Made by a program: the position numbers and the translations under genes. DNA of 64,000 nucleotides from contig DXJF01000112.1 in NCBI GenBank assembly GCA_019057375.1, positions 15,932 to 79,931 on the forward strand, given 5' to 3'. The notes under the pieces are model-generated. The model saw nothing but the letters and a program-made list of their open reading frames with translations, searched no databases and was not told where the DNA came from. This stretch comes from Candidatus Heimdallarchaeota archaeon. Its GTDB lineage: Archaea; Asgardarchaeota; Heimdallarchaeia; Heimdallarchaeales; Heimdallarchaeaceae. Positions 58,498 to 64,000 of the stretch are shown here, piece after piece; the first letter of the stretch is position 1; each line of letters starts with the position of its first letter.

Positions 58498-59850
58498 ATG
58501 CTCATTAGCAACTACGATATACGATTATTTTACAGATGCCCAATGTTATTTTATCTAAGTAAGTTTGGTCCTGAGCAGGAAAAAGATGTACATCCCATTT
58601 TGGGAAGAAGTAGAGATAGATCTAAATATCATATAACCTCAGAAGAAGAAATAAGAGAAAAAGCTGAGCAAACAAAAGCAAGAATGATCCAAGGAAAATC
58701 TCAAATCAATCAGGGTTGGATTCTAGCAGAAAATTTAACCTCCAGAATTGATCGATTGAAAAAGATAGACCTGGAAGGTTCTTTTGGTTCTTATTCATAT
58801 ATCCCAATTTTATTAAGGAATGTCAAATATTTAAGGAAACCAATAATTATGGAAGGAGTTTATGCTGCTTATGTCTGTTCACTCTTTCAAGAAGCTAATA
58901 TCAATTATTTTCAGATTTATAGAAATAATGAATATGAAACTCATTCAACAGAGAATTTGATAGATGATTTAAAAGAAGATTTAGTTAAAATCAACAAAAT
59001 ACTTGACGGTGAGTTAAAGATATCTCCAAATTATACAAGAAGTTGTAGAGTTTGTGAATGGAGAAAATATTGCAAAAAGCTTGTTGCTGACAGTTTGGAT
59101 GTCACATTAATTAGTGGAGTTGGAAAACGTATTAAAAAGCAGTTACTTGATTATGGAATTACTGATGTTCCAGGTTTAGCTCGAGCTGATTTAACTAATT
59201 TGAAAATGGAAAATGTAAGTAGGACAGAACTAGAATATCTTGTACTTCAAGCTCAATCGCTAGTAGATAAAAAAGAAAAAATAAGAGAAAAAATTGTTTT
59301 TCCTTCTTCTTCTTACGAACTTTATGTAGATATAGAGGGGTCTTCTCATCATGACTTTGTTTGGATTATAGGGTGTCTGCTAAGGAAGGGAACTGAACAT
59401 AGATACCTTCATTTCTTAGCTGAATCACCACAAAAAGAGGAACAAATGTTTAGATCATTTTTGAAGTTTCTAGAAGAACTAGATGATGATTTCACACTCT
59501 ACCATTGGTCATTAGCTGAACCACAATACTTTCAGAATTTAGCATCTAAATACTCAATTAAATCAAAAAGGATAGCAGCACTGATACACAACTCCTTTGA
59601 CTTATTTCCAGTTTTCAAGAATAAAATAATACTTCCTGTATATACCTACACTTTGAAAGATGTTGCAAACTGGCTAGGTTTTGAATGGTTTGATCCACTA
59701 GTCGATGGGGCTACTAGTATCATACTTTTCGACAAATGGTATTTACATAATGACAGAGAAGCATTGGATAAAGCTATTTCTTACAACTCTGATGACTGTA
59801 AGGCTTTACTTATTATCAGAGATTATCTGACTAAAAAAATCTCTCAGTAA
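58498..59850 (+). CDS. TM0106-family RecB-like nuclease with C-terminal RNase H-like domain
   Basis: N-terminal CP and CxxCxWxxxC; HhH ISGVG; YVDIEG, HW, DLF, YTLKDVA..LGFEW, YNSDDC motifs. Confidence 0.8.
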   Translation: MLISNYDIRLFYRCPMLFYLSKFGPEQEKDVHPILGRSRDRSKYHITSEEEIREKAEQTKARMIQGKSQINQGWILAENLTSRIDRLKKIDLEGSFGSYSYIPILLRNVKYLRKPIIMEGVYAAYVCSLFQEANINYFQIYRNNEYETHSTENLIDDLKEDLVKINKILDGELKISPNYTRSCRVCEWRKYCKKLVADSLDVTLISGVGKRIKKQLLDYGITDVPGLARADLTNLKMENVSRTELEYLVLQAQSLVDKKEKIREKIVFPSSSYELYVDIEGSSHHDFVWIIGCLLRKGTEHRYLHFLAESPQKEEQMFRSFLKFLEELDDDFTLYHWSLAEPQYFQNLASKYSIKSKRIAALIHNSFDLFPVFKNKIILPVYTYTLKDVANWLGFEWFDPLVDGATSIILFDKWYLHNDREALDKAISYNSDDCKALLIIRDYLTKKISQ

Positions 59851-59862
59851 AAGGTTTCTTCT

Positions 59863-60669
59863 ATGACAACAGGAAACATCAAAAATTCTACTAAAGAACA
59901 GTTCCATCAGAAAATATTTTCTTGGTGGGATGAAAATAGAAGAGCGTTTCCATGGAGGAAAACAACTGATCCATATCTTATTATGGTTTCAGAAGTTATG
60001 CTCCAACAGACTCAAGCTTCTCGAGTTTCCTCCAAGTATTCGGAATTTATAACCAAATTTCCTACTGCGAAAAAACTTGCTATTGCATCCAAAGCAGATA
60101 TCTTAACAGTATGGTCTGGGCTAGGATATAACAAAAGAGTTTTGTGGTTACAGGAAGCTGCGCGGACTATTGTTGAACTCGGAGACTTTCCTCAAACCCC
60201 TGAAGAATTGATAAAACTAAAAGGTATAGGTGCATATGCTGCTAGGTCAATTCTTATTTTTGCTTTTAACCTTAATATTGCAACAGTGGACACAAATATC
60301 CGTAGAATTCTTATAGCAGAAAATTTTGCTGATGAACAAACCTCAGAAAAGCAACTATTCGAAATAGCTACTGAACTCTTACCTCTAGGTAAGTCCAGAG
60401 ATTGGCATAATGCATTAATGGACTATGGTGCGACTTTTTTAACATCTCGGAAAACAGGTATCAGTCCCACATCGAAACATGTCCGTTTCAAGGGTTCAGA
60501 TAGAGAAAAAAGAGGCCAAATACTCAAGTTTGTACTTGAAAACAAAGAGGCATCATTTACAGATTTAAGAAAACTTCTAAGTACGAATAAAACTAATCTG
60601 GACGCAATTTTAGAGAAAATGATTAAAGAGGGACTTCTAACCAAAACTAAAGGTAATTACTCTGTCTAA
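59863..60669 (+). CDS. mutY: HhH-GPD A/G-specific adenine glycosylase (short MutY-like)
   Basis: RAFPWR, VSEVMLQQTQ, WSGLGYN, LKGIGAY, VDTNIRR, ALMDYGA motifs. Confidence 0.85.
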   Translation: MTTGNIKNSTKEQFHQKIFSWWDENRRAFPWRKTTDPYLIMVSEVMLQQTQASRVSSKYSEFITKFPTAKKLAIASKADILTVWSGLGYNKRVLWLQEAARTIVELGDFPQTPEELIKLKGIGAYAARSILIFAFNLNIATVDTNIRRILIAENFADEQTSEKQLFEIATELLPLGKSRDWHNALMDYGATFLTSRKTGISPTSKHVRFKGSDREKRGQILKFVLENKEASFTDLRKLLSTNKTNLDAILEKMIKEGLLTKTKGNYSV

Positions 60670-60728
60670 TAGGTAATTATTTCCTTTAGCAAAAACATAT
60701 ATTAGCTGGTAGATTAGAGTGATATGAA

Positions 60729-61253
60729 ATGAGAGCTTTATACTTGGGACGTTTTAATCCTCCTCACAAGGGGCACATCTATGCATTAGAGTATATACTA
60801 AATCAGCAAGTAGACGAAATAATCATCCTTATTGGAAGTGGAGAAAAAGCTTATTCACTAAAGAATCCTTTCACCGGTGGGGAGAGATATGAAATGGTTG
60901 TGACAATGGTCAAGGAACATTTCAACTATGATCAATTCTTTATTTCTGCAATTCCAGATATTAATCGAAACACAATCTGGCCAGCGAATGTTATAGACCT
61001 AATTCCAAGTTTTGATGTAATCTTCACAAATAATTCTCTTGTTCAAGAGCTGTTTACAGACTTAAGTAACAAAAAAGTAAGAGAAATTCCTCTCAACAAA
61101 AGAGAAGAATTAAGTGGAAAAGTTATAAGAGAAAAAATGATTAAGGGAGAGAACTGGCAGCAAGCCATTCCTGATGAACTTCTTCCACTTATTGAGAAAT
61201 ATAAAGGGATTAAGAGAATTCAATCTTTGGCAACTAATGATGAAATTAAATAA
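60729..61253 (+). CDS. nadM: Nicotinamide-nucleotide adenylyltransferase
   Basis: GRFNPPHKGH, NPFTGGER, SGKVIR motifs. Confidence 0.9.
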   Translation: MRALYLGRFNPPHKGHIYALEYILNQQVDEIIILIGSGEKAYSLKNPFTGGERYEMVVTMVKEHFNYDQFFISAIPDINRNTIWPANVIDLIPSFDVIFTNNSLVQELFTDLSNKKVREIPLNKREELSGKVIREKMIKGENWQQAIPDELLPLIEKYKGIKRIQSLATNDEIK

Positions 61254-61292
61254 TCACACAACTTTTTTATTCATTTTATCTTTTGTTTATCT

Positions 61293-61907
61293 ATGAATAT
61301 AGATGATGTTATTCGTAATAGAAGATCTATAAGAAAATACAAGGAAAAACCTCTTACAAAAGAACAAATCGTAGAAATCCTTGATGCAGGAAATAGAGCT
61401 CCCTCTGCAAAAAATCGTGTTCAGTGGAGATTTCATGTTTTTCAAGGTGAGGCCAAAGCTAAATTGATACAAGTTTGTAGAGCAGGAATTGAAAAGCTTC
61501 CAGAGATACCCCTCATGGCTTCCACAGCTAATTCTTATAATATTATGGAACAAGCTCCAGTAGTGATTCTTGTATTACAAACGTGCGAATGGGGAGGAAT
61601 TAGTGCAGAAATTCAGTCTGTATCAGCTGCAATACAGAATATGTTATTGAAAGCGTATAGTATGGGTTTGGGAACAGTCTGGATAAATGATGTTCTTTTT
61701 GTTGAGAATGCAATTCTCGCTTCTCTTGATTTTGAAAAAGAGGAATCAGAGTTTAAGGAAATGCTTTTAGATTTTGGTCAAAAAGCTGGTTTTGAAATAG
61801 GTTATTCAGGTCCACTAATTGCAGCTATAGCCTTAGGGTATCCTGATGAAAATCCAAAACGAGATCCTAGAAAATCTGTAGAGGAAGTTACTATTTGGCA
61901 TGAATAG
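61293..61907 (+). CDS. Nitroreductase family protein
   Basis: RRSIRKY, APSAKNRVQW, AIQNMLLKAYSMGLGTVW, LGYP motifs. Confidence 0.9.
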   Translation: MNIDDVIRNRRSIRKYKEKPLTKEQIVEILDAGNRAPSAKNRVQWRFHVFQGEAKAKLIQVCRAGIEKLPEIPLMASTANSYNIMEQAPVVILVLQTCEWGGISAEIQSVSAAIQNMLLKAYSMGLGTVWINDVLFVENAILASLDFEKEESEFKEMLLDFGQKAGFEIGYSGPLIAAIALGYPDENPKRDPRKSVEEVTIWHE

Positions 61908-61947
61908 AAAAATTCAAGGTGATTATCGAATCACACTTGAATGTTTT

Positions 61948-63429
61948 CTACCAATTTCGTAATACATCAATAATTAATCTAACAGCTGGACCTTTGCTAC
62001 CTTTAGGATTGTAGTTTTTATCACTACTTTGTTCCATTGCACCAGCTATATCTAAATGAGCCCATGGAACGTCCATAGTGAATTTACTTAGAAACCTTGC
62101 TGCTGTTATTGAGCCACCAGGTCTTCCACCTGTGTGTTTAAAGTCTGCTAGATCGCTTTTTAGCTGCTCATCGTAATCTTCCCACAAGGGCATTCTCCAA
62201 ATTTTATCACCACTAGATTTGGAAGCTTCTTCTAGCTTATCAACTACGAAATCATGATTGGAAAAGTATCCTACAGCATGCTCACCTAAAGCTATCATCA
62301 TCGCTCCAGTTAATGTTGCAAAATCGAACATAGCTTTTGGTTCAAAATGTTTAGCCGCATAGGTTAGTGCATCATTCAGAATCATTCGTCCCTCAGCATC
62401 AGTATTGATGACTTCAATTGTTTGACCACTATAACTTGTTATTATATCGCCAGGATGATAAGCTGTTCCAGAAGGCATATTGTCAGTTGCAGGTACAATC
62501 CCTACTACATGCAGGTTAATGTTTAATTTGGCTATTGCTTCCATAGCTGCAATAACTACTGCTCCACCTGTCATATCAGCTTTCATTTTTTCCATGTTTT
62601 GACCAGGTTTGAGACTTATACCACCACTATCAAAGGTGATTGCTTTACCAATTAATGCAACTGTTTCGACTCCTTGTTTGTTAGCACCATGCTCCATGAT
62701 GATGAATTTAGGTGGTTCTTTTGTTCCTCTTGCAACAGCAAGAAAACTTGTTAGCCCAATTTCCTCAACTTTTTCTCTGTCAAAAATAGTTGTTTTAATA
62801 CCTGTTTCCTTCTCTAAACGCAGAGCTTCATTTGCAAGAAAGTTTGGCGTAATGTAATTAGCAGGTCCCCATGCTAAAGTTCGGCATTGATTAACTGCTT
62901 CTGCGATTATTTTTCCACTTACAGTTCCTTTTTTCATTATGTCTTCTTCAACCGTTTCACTGAAAACCTGTAGTTCGTCGATTTTCTTATATTTTTCAAG
63001 TTTTTCTGTTCTGTAAGTAATATTTTGGAAACTCCCCATAACTATGCCTTGAACGATAGCTTCTGTTATTTCAACAATATCAAGTTTTTCTCTTGAAAAG
63101 AAATCAAGATTGACACCTACTTTTTTAACATCTAGATCTCTAGCTTTTCTTGAAGAATTCCCTAATGCTTTTCGAATTGTTTCTGTAGTTAGCTTTTCTT
63201 CCTTCCCTAAACCTACTAGGAGAAGTCTTTTGGTAGGAATAGATCCCTGTGTATATACCAAGGATATTTGTCCTGGTTTTCCTTTGAAATCACCAAGTTC
63301 TAAAATTTCTCCTACGATTTCATTTATTTCTTTAAGCATAATATCTTCTTTGGCTTCTTCTAAAACACCTAAAATGACTAGAGGAAGGTCATTTTCTTTC
63401 AGATTAATCTTTTTCACATCAACTTTCAT
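61948..63429 (-). CDS. pepA: Leucyl aminopeptidase (M17)
   Basis: GKAITFDSGGISLK, MKADMTGG, NTDAEGRM, DFATLTGA, HLDIAG motifs. Confidence 0.95.
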   Translation of the reverse strand: MKVDVKKINLKENDLPLVILGVLEEAKEDIMLKEINEIVGEILELGDFKGKPGQISLVYTQGSIPTKRLLLVGLGKEEKLTTETIRKALGNSSRKARDLDVKKVGVNLDFFSREKLDIVEITEAIVQGIVMGSFQNITYRTEKLEKYKKIDELQVFSETVEEDIMKKGTVSGKIIAEAVNQCRTLAWGPANYITPNFLANEALRLEKETGIKTTIFDREKVEEIGLTSFLAVARGTKEPPKFIIMEHGANKQGVETVALIGKAITFDSGGISLKPGQNMEKMKADMTGGAVVIAAMEAIAKLNINLHVVGIVPATDNMPSGTAYHPGDIITSYSGQTIEVINTDAEGRMILNDALTYAAKHFEPKAMFDFATLTGAMMIALGEHAVGYFSNHDFVVDKLEEASKSSGDKIWRMPLWEDYDEQLKSDLADFKHTGGRPGGSITAARFLSKFTMDVPWAHLDIAGAMEQSSDKNYNPKGSKGPAVRLIIDVLRNW

Positions 63430-63591
63430 GATTACCACTTTCGAGTAAAGTAGAAAAAGGGGATTAAAAACAGTTTTTGTTCAACAATAGTCATCTGTTC
63501 AAATTCTTGTACATGATTTAATAATGGCTGTACAAAACATTTTATTATAAGAGTCTTTGAGTATGAGCTTCTTGAAGTAATTACACTTCGG

Positions 63592-64000
63592 ATGATGAAA
63601 ATGAGTGATGAAAAAATACTGAGTAAAGCAATCTCAAGAAATCTAAAAAGTATTTCTATTAAATGGCTAGCAATCAGTTTCAGTATAGCAGTTGTTACTG
63701 GAGGGATTGTAGGAATCGGTATATATTTCGGTTTACCAGAGAAAGCTCCACATGGTATTGATGATGATACAGGGTTCTCAACAATGTTAGCTGAATCAGT
63801 TTCCAGTTCAATTCCTAATGTAGTTCATATGGAAATAATCGGAAATGGAACAGCTCAAATAAATAGTAGATTAATTTGGGCATATTTTGATAGAATTGGT
63901 GATAGTATCGCATATGAATGGAACGTTTCAGCAGATGCAATAAATCCATTCGAAGAAGTTAACTTTATTCTTTCAAAATCACAAGTAGATGAAGTAGCTG
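63592..64000 (+). CDS. Hypothetical single-pass membrane protein, runs off the window
   Basis: Translated by hand: MMKMSDEK...WLAISFSIAVVTGGIVGIGIYFGLP..., no stop before 64000. Confidence 0.6.
   Translation, partial: MMKMSDEKILSKAISRNLKSISIKWLAISFSIAVVTGGIVGIGIYFGLPEKAPHGIDDDTGFSTMLAESVSSSIPNVVHMEIIGNGTAQINSRLIWAYFDRIGDSIAYEWNVSADAINPFEEVNFILSKSQVDEVA

Noticed and set aside
268-63448. Many short antisense or nested ORFs in the track (e.g. 268, 943, 2900, 3557, 7701, 11068, 30252, 55524, 62609, 63110)
   Set aside because: They lie opposite or inside well-supported genes and show no motifs; treated as shadow ORFs.

Overview
A gene-dense, AT-rich archaeal chromosome segment. It is most likely Asgard, Heimdallarchaeia-like (inference). 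Archaeal markers are class I LysRS, GatDE, Rpo6, eL42, a class III-signal pilin and GGAG/GGTGA ribosome-binding sites. Eukaryotic-signature-like proteins are four small GTPases (one Arf-like, one divergent Arf-related, two Rab-like), a longin-7TM fusion and a DENN-like protein. Housekeeping content includes korDABC-flxDCB, sucCD, ahcY, lysS, gatED, pepA, nadM and coaD. The standout observations are: (1) a 1908-aa Lhr helicase with tandem AlkZ-like winged-helix modules, followed directly by a paralogous module-only partner; (2) a surface-glycan cluster of two CesA-like GT2s and a GT-C protein, facing a MacB/FtsX permease pair with a giant Ig-repeat ectodomain; (3) a tRNA-His with eukaryote-type identity (no encoded G-1, A73); (4) a tandem pair of C/D-box-like non-coding elements; (5) a catalytically dead NSUN/RsmB paralog. 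No CRISPR array, rRNA or transposase was seen. All family calls come from motif recognition by eye; no database search was run.
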